From Phyllosticta citribraziliensis (lineage: Eukaryota), in NCBI RefSeq assembly GCF_038025025.1, contig NW_027117351.1:186001-250000 (forward strand): a DNA stretch of 64,000 nucleotides. Direction: 5' to 3'. Position 1 is the first letter of the stretch. Every line of letters begins with the position of its first letter. The notes under the pieces were generated by a model. It ran no database searches and was not told where the DNA came from. It was given only the letters and a program-made list of their open reading frames with translations. Of this stretch, positions 22,914 through 34,090 are shown piece after piece. The position numbers and the translations under genes were made by a program.

Positions 22914-23426
22914 CTCGAGCCAGTCAGGACGTGTTGCGTGGACTCGAAGGCGGGCAATTGGCCGAGGAGATCAGGAATGCTAGTGGAAGCGAGGAATGCA
23001 GCGCAGCGGCCGAGGAGGATGGGAGCAGGGCGCCGACTGAAAGAGTGAACAAATGCACGCTGGTCGACGGACTGACGGAGAAAAAAGAGACGGGGTGGGA
23101 TAAAAAGGTGAGGAGGGAAAAGGCTGGAGGCTTGGGTATGGGAGACGGGAAGGGTGGTGGTGGTTGTGATGGTCGGACCCTTCTGGGCTAGCGCCGTCTG
23201 TTGTGTTGTTCCAGCGCTTATCACCGGGGGAACCACGGACCCCTTGTCGCCGCCGCCAGCAACCAGCCACACCGGATCGCTGCCCTGGCCCGTGCCGCCT
23301 CAGCCATCCGTGCGCCTCACCGCCCGCCTCGACGCTGGGAAACTTTTTGCACTGTGGCACCAGCTTCCTCTCTCACCTCCCAATTCATCTTCCGCTGGAG
23401 GTTTTCAACCTCAAACCCCAGCCATC

Positions 23427-25913
23427 ATGCTCCGCGCCTCCGCCTCCTCCATCTGTCCCAGGTGCGAAGTGCGCAGCCTCTTCTCCTCGACCTTTCCTAG
23501 CATCACACCCCCGTCATGGCAGCAATTGCGATTCGCGGGAGGCAAGCGCACCACCCCCTCGCGCATGACCCTCTCTAGGCGGGTGGGACGATCAGACTCC
23601 AAGTTCAGCCGAAGAGACTCGAAACCAACGACGCGCAACTCGTGGGACGCTGCACCGGCACAATCCAAAGGCACACGGTCCTCGTTCCAAGACGACCCCT
23701 TCGGCAAACCTGATCGCCCAAAGAGCGATTCAAAGTTTTCTCAGTCGTCTAGAGACAGACGGCCGTCATCTCGAGACAATGACTCTTTTGGCAAATTCGA
23801 TCGCCCCAGGAACGACTCGAAGTTCTCACAGGCGCCCAGAGACAGACAGCCCTCGTTCCGAGACAAAGACTCTTTTGGCAAACTTGATCGCCCAAGAAAT
23901 GACTCGAGGTTCTCGCAGGCCCCTAGAGAAAGACGTTCGTTCCAAGACAACGACTCTTCCAGCAAATTCGACCGCCCAAGAAACGATTCGAAGTTCTCGC
24001 AGGCCCCTAGAGAAAGACGTTCGTTCCAAGACAACGACTCTTCCAGCAAATTCGATCGCCCGAGAAACGATTCGAAATTCTCTCGGGCGCCCAGAGACGC
24101 AAAACCAATGTTCAGGGACAGAAATACCTCTCTTTATCCTCGGAAGCCACAGGACTCGAATTTTTCGCGGGGGCCGCGCAAAGACGACGCTGTGAGGAAG
24201 CCCTTTCGACGAGACGACGATTCTCCGGGCCACTTGAATCGCACCGAAGCACCAAAAGACCTGGTCCCACCGCAGCGCACGTATAGAAATCGGGAAAAAT
24301 CGTTCGAGGGCGCATCCTCTACGAGCGATGCGCGTCCAAAATTTAGGACAGGGTCTCACAGTGACTGGAGAAAAGACCCATCGTTGAATGGAGACATGAA
24401 GAATAAGAGCAAAGGCAAAGAGCACTTTCATGCATTGAAGATGCAAAAGACTTTGGAGCCCATCTCCTACAACCGACGAACCTCGATCAAGGAGAAGATT
24501 TCTGAGCTGGACGACTTCCTCTACTTTGACTTATTGCACGAAATCCAGGAATCGATTCCCACGCAGGCTCTGCCAGGCGTGACCACCGTACAGCCGACTC
24601 CGGCCCAGCGCGTTGCTATACCCGCTTTGCTGGGTATGGATAGGGAAAAGTCCTCCGACATGGAGCAATTCCTGTTGGCAGCTGAAACCGGTTCTGGTAA
24701 GACCCTGGCATACATGGTTCCAATCATTGACGCGATGAAACGTGCCGAGTTGGCGGAGAAGGAGGCGGCCAAGGTCAAGGAACAAGAAGACGAAGAGAAG
24801 AAGGGCCCCAAGATGTTTGAACTTGAGCCCCCTCCACTCTCTGGTGAGGAGAATCCCAACTGTGGAAGACCGCGAGTCATTATTCTCGTGCCTTCTGCCG
24901 AATTGGTTCAACAGGTTGGCGCGCTTGCCAAGTCTCTATCACACACTGTCAAGTTTAGGGCCGCGCTCGTCTCTGCCGCTTTGAGCCCGACTCGCATTAG
25001 AAATACTCTGTTTGCGTCCAACGGAGTTGACATGGTCATCTCCACGCCCCACCTCCTCGCAAGTATCGGCGAGAGTGACCCCAACATCTTCAGTCGCGTT
25101 ACGCATCTTGTTGTTGACGAAGCCGACTCTCTCCTGGATCGCTCCTTTTCGCCCCTCACCACTCAGATAATCGACAAGACGACCCCTTCTTTGAAGCAGC
25201 TCATCTTTTGTTCAGCTACCATCCCCAACAGCATGGATGGGTACTTGCGCAAGCACTTCCCTGACGTCATTCGCCTAGTAACCCCCAACATCCACGCGAT
25301 TCCCCGACGTGTGCAGATGGCCGTTGTCAACGTTAGCCAAGACCCCTACCGAGGCAACAAGGATTTGGCATGCGCAGAGACGATTCACCAGATAGCCAAA
25401 TCGCAGGAAGAGCACTGGGACGATGAGAAAGAGGTGGCTCCGATCAAGCGCATCATCGTTTTTGTCAACGAGCGCGAAAAGGCCGTCGAGGTAGCCGAGT
25501 ACCTCAACAAAAAGGGCTTCAACGCCACTGCTCTGAACCGCGACACCACCATGGAGCGGCAAGCTCACATCCTCGCCGAGTTCGGCACCGGCCTCTACAT
25601 CGACAAGCGGGAGACGAGCAAAAAGACCGACGAGGAAAAGGCCGCGCTGCTGCCCGAAAAGTCGTCCAAGTTCCAAAACACCAGGGTTCTTGTGGCGACG
25701 GACCTGGGCTCGCGCGGCATCGACACCACGGCCGTGCGCCACGTCGTGCTGTACGATGTGCCGCACACGACGATTGACTTCATCCACCGCATCGGGCGGA
25801 CGGGCCGCATGGGCAGGCGCGGGCGCGCCATTGTGCTGCTGGGCAAGGGCGACCGGGCAGATGTGGTCAAGGAGGTGCGCGAGACCATGTTCAAGGGACA
25901 AGCCCTCATCTAG
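23427..25913 (+). CDS. MRH4: Mitochondrial ATP-dependent DEAD-box RNA helicase (Mrh4-like)
   Basis: N-terminus MLRASASSICPRCEVR resembles a mitochondrial presequence. Helicase motifs AETGSGKT, VVDEAD, SAT, TDLGSRGID, HRIGRTGRMG. No intron needed. Confidence 0.85.
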   Translation: MLRASASSICPRCEVRSLFSSTFPSITPPSWQQLRFAGGKRTTPSRMTLSRRVGRSDSKFSRRDSKPTTRNSWDAAPAQSKGTRSSFQDDPFGKPDRPKSDSKFSQSSRDRRPSSRDNDSFGKFDRPRNDSKFSQAPRDRQPSFRDKDSFGKLDRPRNDSRFSQAPRERRSFQDNDSSSKFDRPRNDSKFSQAPRERRSFQDNDSSSKFDRPRNDSKFSRAPRDAKPMFRDRNTSLYPRKPQDSNFSRGPRKDDAVRKPFRRDDDSPGHLNRTEAPKDLVPPQRTYRNREKSFEGASSTSDARPKFRTGSHSDWRKDPSLNGDMKNKSKGKEHFHALKMQKTLEPISYNRRTSIKEKISELDDFLYFDLLHEIQESIPTQALPGVTTVQPTPAQRVAIPALLGMDREKSSDMEQFLLAAETGSGKTLAYMVPIIDAMKRAELAEKEAAKVKEQEDEEKKGPKMFELEPPPLSGEENPNCGRPRVIILVPSAELVQQVGALAKSLSHTVKFRAALVSAALSPTRIRNTLFASNGVDMVISTPHLLASIGESDPNIFSRVTHLVVDEADSLLDRSFSPLTTQIIDKTTPSLKQLIFCSATIPNSMDGYLRKHFPDVIRLVTPNIHAIPRRVQMAVVNVSQDPYRGNKDLACAETIHQIAKSQEEHWDDEKEVAPIKRIIVFVNEREKAVEVAEYLNKKGFNATALNRDTTMERQAHILAEFGTGLYIDKRETSKKTDEEKAALLPEKSSKFQNTRVLVATDLGSRGIDTTAVRHVVLYDVPHTTIDFIHRIGRTGRMGRRGRAIVLLGKGDRADVVKEVRETMFKGQALI
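23679..24104 (+). repeat. Coding minisatellite, 5 copies of an 84-87 bp (28-29 aa) unit in the MRH4 N-terminus
   Basis: Unit S(F/S)(Q/R)D(N/K)DS(F/S)(G/S)K(F/L)DRPRNDS(K/R)FSQAPR(D/E)R. Copies starting at 23937 and 24021 are 84 bp apart and nearly identical. Confidence 0.95.
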
Positions 25914-26307
25914 ACGTTCCGTAAGTATTCGTGTACGATACGTAGCTTGACGAAAAATACCCCATCTCCGTTGCATTTGTCTTCATTCGCGGTTGAAAAG
26001 CGTTGCCCATGTGGTGATGCGTTTGCGTCAGATTCTGCACCCCCTACTAGACAAAGACTTTCCGGCCTTGACTCTTGTGGCTGCGGATGTTACTGATGTA
26101 GGGGAGAGGAACTTTGGCTCGGGATAGTCTTCAGGGCGCTTCTTGACGTGTGTGGAGGTGCGCTTAATAAAGAAGAGCTACATGCAACGATCCAAAATGA
26201 AAACAAGTCAAATCATGTTCACTTCCGCAGACATTTCCAATTTCGCGTTTTGGTGTGATCAATGGCTTCTACATGTGTGCTCGCAGGTCTCTGTCATTCA
26301 ATGGCCG

Positions 26308-26785
26308 CAGAGTGGAGCGCAACGCAACCGATTGCACTGATTGCGCAACGCGGTTGCGCAACGCAACTGCAACGCAACCAATAGCTCTCTTAAATTAGTG
26401 CAATGCAATCAATCGTATAGTCAATATTGCGTTGCGTTGATTGCACTAATTGCACAGGGGCATATATGTATATATATATATAAATATAGGATTTCTCTCA
26501 TAAAATATATAAAATATATAATTCAGCTAGATATTTTAGTATAGCTAAGGTACTGTAGTAATACTTTCCCCTTTAGGAAACTTACTTAGGTAGGGGTTTT
26601 TATAGTCTTTCTATATATTACTGCCAGGCGGTGTCCCAATTAAGCGCAATCAATTAGTGCAATGCAATTCAATTAGCCTAGTCTGTTGCGCAATTAAAGC
26701 AATGCAATTACCGCAGGTGATTGCGCTGTGCAATGCAATTCAATTGGTGCAGATATTGCGTTGCGTTGCGTTGCGCTCCACTCTG
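26308..26785. mobile_element. Non-autonomous hAT-type DNA transposon / MITE (478 bp)
   Basis: Perfect 21-bp TIR CAGAGTGGAGCGCAACGCAAC (26308-26328 and its reverse complement 26765-26785). Identical 8-bp flanking direct repeat AATGGCCG (26300-26307, 26786-26793). Subterminal GCAAC/GCAAT arrays, AT-rich core, no transposase ORF. Confidence 0.93.
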
Positions 26786-27425
26786 AATGGCCGTAGAGCA
26801 TTTCTTGACTTCCGTCTCTCCCCTGGTTTTACTCAAGCCTCAAGAATTTCCTGTGCATCCATCGTCTACAATCGTCTCGGCGAAGTCTTTCGAAAAACCT
26901 GACAATGTCGTCTTGCAAATCTGGACCAGCTGGCGTCTTATCTGCGCTGAGTGCTCTGATTGCATCCAAACTGTTCTACCATCTTCGCGTTTGGAAGAAA
27001 AATCATGATCGAAGTTTAGTCAAAGGTCACCACCGTGGAAGATGTTGGGGACGAAATTCGACTAGTGCGGCTCTTCCTTTGATTCAAATATAATCGTCCC
27101 CGTCCATGTCTCATAAACGATGGAGTGTTGGATAATAAGAACCTTTATTTGCCTGCTAGCAATCCAATGGTACTTGTTCACCACGCTCATTTAATGGCAG
27201 GCATGGAAAAGAATCAAATTCCTCTGTCCTGCGGTCGTCAAAGTCCTTGTCGGACAGCATTGCTGCCCATGCTAGGTATAGTACATTTTTCTTTTCTAAA
27301 GTACATATATTAGTTCATGTCGTAACCTGTCCATTGACCCAAACCGCCCAGTGCATAAAATGTCCCAAAAAGTGGAGATGGAGAGCCGTGTAACCCATAC
27401 AAGCACATTTATACCTCGCACCAGA

Positions 27426-27982
27426 CTATGCCGCCGCCTTTGTCCGCAACTGAACGCCGTGCCAAGATTTGATCTCGTCCGCCAGAATCTCGTTGACCAT
27501 CTTATGTTGTTTGATGACGGTCAAGCCCTTGAACTTGGGAGACTCGATGTACAGCGCGTACATGGAGCCGCAGCCGCCACTGATGTCTTGGACCTGCATC
27601 GCCGCTGTCTCAGCATATATTGCCCTGCGTTTTGGCAACGACAAACAACGCCCAGTCGCCATGGATACCAGGCCTGCATGTCTCAGAGGGGTTGCCCTAC
27701 CTCTAACCGCACGGGGTCCAACTCTTGCTTAATCTTGCGAAAGACATGAAGCTCGCCCTCGGATAGATAGTCCGGAGGCTCCACGTCCGAAGCCGCCGTC
27801 GGAGGGGCTTCTGTTGAGTATGCGCGCCACGTTACACGGCGAAACGGCGACGAGCGCACGGCGGATTGTGTGGTTCGGAGATACGAGGGCGCGGCTCTCG
27901 AGGCCGTTGTCGCTGCTGCGCGCGAGACAAGCTGGTTGCCAAGGGAGCCGGTTAAGCGCAGGGCTACTCGTGAGGGGGCCAT
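27426..27982 (-). CDS. BOL3: Mitochondrial BolA-family protein (Bol3/Aim1-like)
   Basis: Presequence-like N-terminus ending ...WRAYSTE. Intron 27594-27700. BolA motifs 'LEVQDISGGCGSMY', 'QHKMVNEILADEIKSWHGVQL'. Confidence 0.88.
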
Positions 27983-30900
27983 TGGGCCTGGGCCATGGTC
28001 AGAGGTGGAGGTCCGGCGGGAGAGGGGGCGCAGGCCAGACGCGTACCTGCTGGGGAGAGAGAAGATGGAGGGCGTGATGTTGCAAACACCAGACCACGGG
28101 CAGACGCTCGCCGACGTCGATGTCATGCCAAGGCTCGCGAGCCCGGCCAATCAGAGCGAGGCTATATGTATCAGCTTAATGCCATGTCGCCGTCGTCCTT
28201 CTGTCTCCTCTCCCCCTCCGTGCTGGTGTCGTGTGCAAAGGCGACACCGGAGCAGTCCTCTCGACGTTTTCGAGCGTACGGCAGCACGCCACCGTCCACT
28301 GCAGGTCGCCATATCTCTCACGTCGGATCATCCGCAGGGCGTGGACATGGAGCATGCGGGGTCGGCGTCACTCCACAAGGACAATGCCATTGCTCGCGCT
28401 CCTTGCTCCCAACACGCCCACAGCTCTCCTCATCCAGCACGCCAGAACCGCTCGTACCGCCCAAGTATCTGCAAGTCACCGTCGCTGCTGATGCCGCGCC
28501 ATCCCTGCCCCACAGCCCACGGTCCCAGCATGAAGGCCCCACGGCGCCACACTCCTCCCGGATAAGCTGCAAATCAACAGTCTGGACTCCCAGTCTAGCA
28601 TCCGACGCTTTTTCGACATGGCCAGGGGTTGCTGGACTCGACGCATGGCTTATCAGAATCCTCCCTGGCCGCCGCGGTTATCCGTCCTCTACTCGAGACC
28701 GCTGTTTTGAGCATCTCGCCCGCGTCCTTTCCTCTGGCTGTCCGTTGGTGTTGGCTTGCACCGACGTCTGATGGCGTCCCAGACCGGACGACCTCTTCTT
28801 GGACGTGCGCGTCTTTCCGGGCCCAACATGGTTACGGGTGACGTTTGAGCAAATCTTCGCCGCCGCCAATCCTCAATTCGCTCGCGGTGGTGGCGTTGAT
28901 TGACGTTGGTCGAAACCGCTTCTCCACCATCGCGAAGCCACCCCGACCTGCGGCCGCCAAGGCTGACGGCGAAGCGCCTCAAGGGTCCACGCCATCTCAG
29001 TGACAGCCGCCAATGAAGGAGGGCGAGGAACGTGGAAAGGGAAAAGGAAGCCGGCCTTCCGGTCGCAACCAGAATGCCGATCTCTCCCTTGACGCCGTCC
29101 AGCTTTCGCATTCGACATGGCCAGGGGACAACGCCACGGACAAGCACCTGCGGACATCAAGGCCTCTTGGGAGTGTTTGCGGCCTTGCAACCGGTCTGGA
29201 CTCCCCTCTGCTCTCCAGCAGCATGCACTCCAGACGATTCTCCACAGCAAGCCATCACGAGCTCTCCCCGCAGTTTGCCTCCAGAGCGCAGGCTTCCCCA
29301 CGCCGCTAGAGGCTGTCGGTGGGTCCCCACGCTAAAGCGAACCTAACCTACCGCGTTCTCCGCGCCTGTTGCCTCGACACAACAGTAGAATGACACTGAC
29401 TGCCACCGTCCATGCATGTTTCTTGCGAGACCTCCAATGCAGGGCATGTGTCGTGAAAGGCGGCGTCACACCGTCACAGCAATCTCGATGGCTCGCCGTC
29501 CAATGGTCGCGAATTTCCACCGTGACAGCAACAGCCGGGGCCCCGGATGGTCTGTATCGTCAGCTTATCGACGCACCGCAGAAACAAACTCGAATAATCA
29601 TTACGTGCGCAAGGCTTGGTGCTGCACCATGGCCGTGGTCGCGGAAATTATGTTCTGCTAGACTGTCGCTACCAACAGCCTTGTTGGTAGAGGAATAGTC
29701 GCCACCTCGTATCTCTTCAAAATCTTCTCGGACCAGTGGTGAAAAAAGAAACTCTACCCGTGCATCTCTCCGGGCGCTAACCATGCAATGATCTTGACCG
29801 GCCGGTGCAAGAGGCTCTTGGGAGCAAGTGAAGTGGTGGGGAGCGAGCAAAATTTAGCAGCGGGAACGGCAAGCGGCACAGTCTCAGGGACCATGCTGGC
29901 AATCAAACACATCCACAAGCACAACACGAATGAGTCGGCGAGCGCCACATCCTCAACACACTCTTTCTTGCGCCGCTATCGCTCTCCAAAATTTACCAGT
30001 GTTGCGTTCCACGTCCCAGCCGTCCACAAATTTGAGCCATTTCACCGACGCTATCGAGGTCAGTAGGCACGAGGGTTGCCTCAGCAAATCCCGGCTTGTG
30101 GTAAGCAGCACGACTGCATGTCCCACGCTCACAAGGGGAGACGAAGAATTAAACTCAACACCTTTTGCGCAGTAGGCCCGATGCCATTGCCTGGGAGCGC
30201 GAGTCGGTTGCTATTACTGTGCTGCCCTCCGATCTGAAATGGAGTTGGCAGCGAAGACGTGCTCTGTCAACCAAACGCTTATCTCGACGACTGCAAAGCA
30301 GAGCACACTGCATACGCCATCCCACTGCCCACCTTACCTCATCCAACATTGCACCCCTGGCTCTCGGCAGCACCTCAGCTAGCACCTGCCCACGGCGACA
30401 AGGCAACGTGCTTCTTATGACGTTTGCTACGAAAACAATGTACCTGCGGATCTACCGTGGAGGCTTTTCGTAGAGCAGATCTGACGCGTTTCAGTCACGA
30501 CTTGCAACATTCAGGCTGCGCCCTGACGCACACGTCCCCATTCGTTCGGCGCGCGGCGGCTTGCTCTGCGTGGTTGCAGGCGTGCGCGTCTCTTGCTTGG
30601 TCCTGCTCTACAAGGCAGCCTATTTCCGCGGCAAGGCGAGGCGCCTAGGTCGTGGCACGCAGCCTTCGTGCCCGCCCACAACCAACATTCTGCCCGTTGC
30701 CATGCCGTGTCGCGCGAGCAGGCAGGCATTCAAATGGGCATTTCTGATGACCTCGACGCCGGGCGTGGCGCTCTGTCCGCCTCTGCGTCCGCCACATCTC
30801 TTGTCTCTGCTTATCACGGCCTCTTGCTTGCTCTGACAATTATCCTCCGGTCAACGTTTATGCCTAGTTGCTTGCTTGCTTGCTTACCGACTACCTCCAG

Positions 30901-33900
30901 CCCGGCACCGCTTTTGAAGCAACCAAAGCAACCTCCTCGAGCTTCCGGCTTCACGTCGATAAGCAGTGCGCTGCTGATTGGCGACCAATGAGAAAAGGCG
31001 CGGCGCAGCGACGAATGCGGACGGGCGAGAGTGAGCCCAGGGAGGAGCTCCGCCAGCCACGGTCCGAGAGTCCCTCTTCACCACCGCACCGTGCCCGGGT
31101 GCTCACGCAATACTGCCAACCCACCTAGCCGGACCGTCCATTGCACCATTCCTTCATACACCACGCAACGCGTCTCGTCCGTGTCCGACATCTGCAGCCT
31201 CGGGCGAACGGGCTCGTACCGCGTCGGCCAAGTCGTTCCTTCCAGCACAGATGAGCCACAGAGTAAGCGGCGAGCGCAGCGCAGTAGCGCGTACGGCTTG
31301 CCACCGCCCGTCACGCCACACTTGACGAGGACGCTGTCCCACGGCGCAGAGACGGACAGGCAGACGGGCGCCACAGCTGCTCTGGGTGCCCGGTCGCCGT
31401 CCATAGTGGTATGGAATGACTTGCTTGCCGCGCCGCGCCACACGCCGCCATGGCATGCTGTGGCAAGGAAGCCACGCACACAGGTAGGTCAGTGGCAGCG
31501 AAATCGAGGGCAGCTAGGTACCTAGCTAGGCGCGGTCAGGAGTAGAGTAGGCGTGAGAAAGAAGCACCACACCACACCACACCCCCGGAAAGCGTCCTCC
31601 ACCGACGGCGACCAGACCACCTCCATCCACCCACCCACCGACAGGCACTGAGCGCCATCCGACACCGGCACGGCCGCTCTCGATCTTTGCAGCCTTTGTT
31701 CCCCTGTCCGCCATAACACAATGCTGCCATTTCTTCCAAAGCAGGCGCCGCCAAGAACGGCAACTCAAACGCCGACGACGCCGCACAGCACACCGCGCGG
31801 CAAGATGCTGCCGTGCGCTCTGTAGCCGGCGCGGCGATGCAGGCGCGAAGATATAAAGTGACTGGTTGGTCAACTCAATCGCGTCGTCTCTCGCCTCTCG
31901 CCGTTGAGCTTGTTGTCGATACGCTGGATGCAAGTCCCGGCGGCGCAAAGAGACTTTCGGCATTTGTTTGCTATGCTTTGCATGTGTTTTGGCCGTTCAT
32001 TTGGTAAGTACAGGTAGCTGGCAAGGCAATGGCTTCTGTCACGATACGCGTTACTTGGGCCGGCGCTCGCATACACCTATAGCGTTCGGAGGCGCACGTC
32101 TACAACTGGAACCACTACAGCACTCGATTTGCGCGAGGGGGGCTGGAGTTGAGCGTACCTTATGCCCGTTTACGTAGGTATGCGGGCAAGCGACGAAGAT
32201 GCGGGTGAGACAGGCAGATGTAGAGGCAACGAGACAGAGACAAGAAAGAAGCAGAGAGGCCCTAAAACAAGCTTTATATGACGTATACTCGGACGACTGC
32301 AGTACTACATGTATCTGTAACGTGTGTGGGAGTGGGAGCGAAAGTGGGAGAATTCACGCGCAGGAAATTCGCCCCATCACCTGTCCACCTGTCCACCTAT
32401 CTGTCCGTCGAGTGTACTGTACCAGAGGACGGTCGTGAGCCAGCCAGCCAGCCAGCCAGCCAATCCTTCGTGTCAGCGCACGACACGGCAAGTCCCTGAG
32501 CCTGCAATCCTCATTTCCCCCGAGTCAACACCATGCCGCCTTCAGACGTTCGACATTCGAAGCAGAAATTGTGCCTGACTGCGCTGGAAGTGGCAGACAG
32601 GCAGGGCTGTGGCGCCTCCTCCTCGGTCAAGAGAAGGAAGGGAGTGTGGTGCCGTGCTGGTGAAAGGAGATGTAGGAAAACTGAGTGTTGATAGTGGAGG
32701 GGGTGGTAAGGAAGTTGGTCGAGGCAATGGGGGGGGGGGGGAGGGGAATAGGCTGGAGACTCGTTCTCGTGACCATTGCGCCTCTGGTTGCTAAGCGGGG
32801 CGGATTGTGTTTTTGTGAGTACTGTGGGCGTATGATTTGGACGCCGTAGAGGAAAGCAGAACAGAGCAACAATGAGAAGCTCTCATAAGCGAAGTCTCAG
32901 CTGGATGCACGAAATGTCTGCTTTGAAATAGACCTTCTCAAGGGCAGCGTCGCATCGAGCTACAAAACGGAGAAGCGCTTCGGCACGACCCATCAGAGCC
33001 ATCGAATGAGACGAAGTGCCGGCGCGAGGGGAGAAGGAAACTCCAACGCGAACGTCCCGCAGCCAGCCTTCTCGGATTACCAGAAGCATCCGCGTCGCCA
33101 TCACCTTCAACACTAACCCAGCGAGCGCGGGGGAAGCTTTCGGTCAGGCGGTCGGTCATTCGTTGTTCGCGCACGCGTGGGGTCCCTATGCGGGCTGAGT
33201 CCCCAACGTCGTTCCTGTCACAGCGCAACCGCGGACAATCCGTCTGCCGAGTTCAACATAGAAACCACGGGAGAGTCAAACGGGCAAGAATCGTCGCGTC
33301 GGCTGGTTGGCAGCCTCGTACGAGAAGCAGCGCGAGTCGTGAATGAGGAGGCTCGCGGCCGGATGGATGCGTTTTGTGGGGAATATGGGCAGCTTGTTGC
33401 AGCGCGTCAGGTAATAATGCGTTGGGTCGGTACGAGAAGGGTGCTGCCGGTGAAGGCCTTGGTGCGGAGTCGAGGGTTGTTGGAGGTGAGTGTTGGTTCC
33501 ATGGGGTCAGTGCCGTGTCCGGATTGGTCTGCGCCTTGTACTGAAGCAAATAGGGTCGTTCCATTTCTTCGCATTCTCGTCTCCAAGTGCGTTCTATAGG
33601 CAAGGATACTGTCCCAAACAAATTAGCGAGTGGTGATCTTGTCCATGAAGAGGGTGCTTGCGGCCCTGTCGCCCCCAAACTGTTGGACAGCCCCCAGCTC
33701 TTTTGGCCCCCATTGACTTTTTTTGCAGACGTTTCTCCACGTTTGCCGGCCGCGGATGCGCCAGGCTCCAGCTCCTTGTGGAGGCATTTGCCAATTGACT
33801 CGCCGCGGAGCTGTACTGGGCGGTCTTGACGACGACTGCAACTCAGGCGAGCGACTTTCGAGGAAAAAGATGGACGGCGTACTTACTCGCCAAGCACAGT

Positions 33901-33973
33901 GGCCCCAAGCATAGCCGGTCGTCGAGAATAGACCCGCTACTAGGAATGGCATCCTATACCCACGACGAGCGTG

Positions 33974-33979
33974 TATAAA
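33974..33979 (+). promoter_or_regulatory. Putative TATA box of the knottin-precursor gene
   Basis: TATAAA 117 nt upstream of ATG 34091, followed by a pyrimidine-rich leader. Confidence 0.55.
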
Positions 33980-34090
33980 GAAGACATCAATCTGCTGGCG
34001 GTCCGATAGATCATCAACAACTCAAGCAGAACAGACCAGCCAGCTTTCTTTCCTCGGCTCTTTCTTTTGCACAGACAGACGACTTTGAAA

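Noticed and set aside
23154..23426. Upstream extension of the MRH4 ORF (919-aa version)
   Set aside because: It starts at a non-ATG codon in the BUD4/MRH4 divergent promoter; ATG 23427 gives a plausible mitochondrial presequence.
23679..24104. Regularly spaced repeats as a CRISPR-like array
   Set aside because: Eukaryotic locus; the repeats are in-frame coding units without unique spacers, and no cas genes are present.
26341..26902. Short ORFs inside the MITE as a transposase remnant
   Set aside because: Translations simply reflect the GCAAT/GCAAC repeats and AT-rich core; no hAT transposase motifs.
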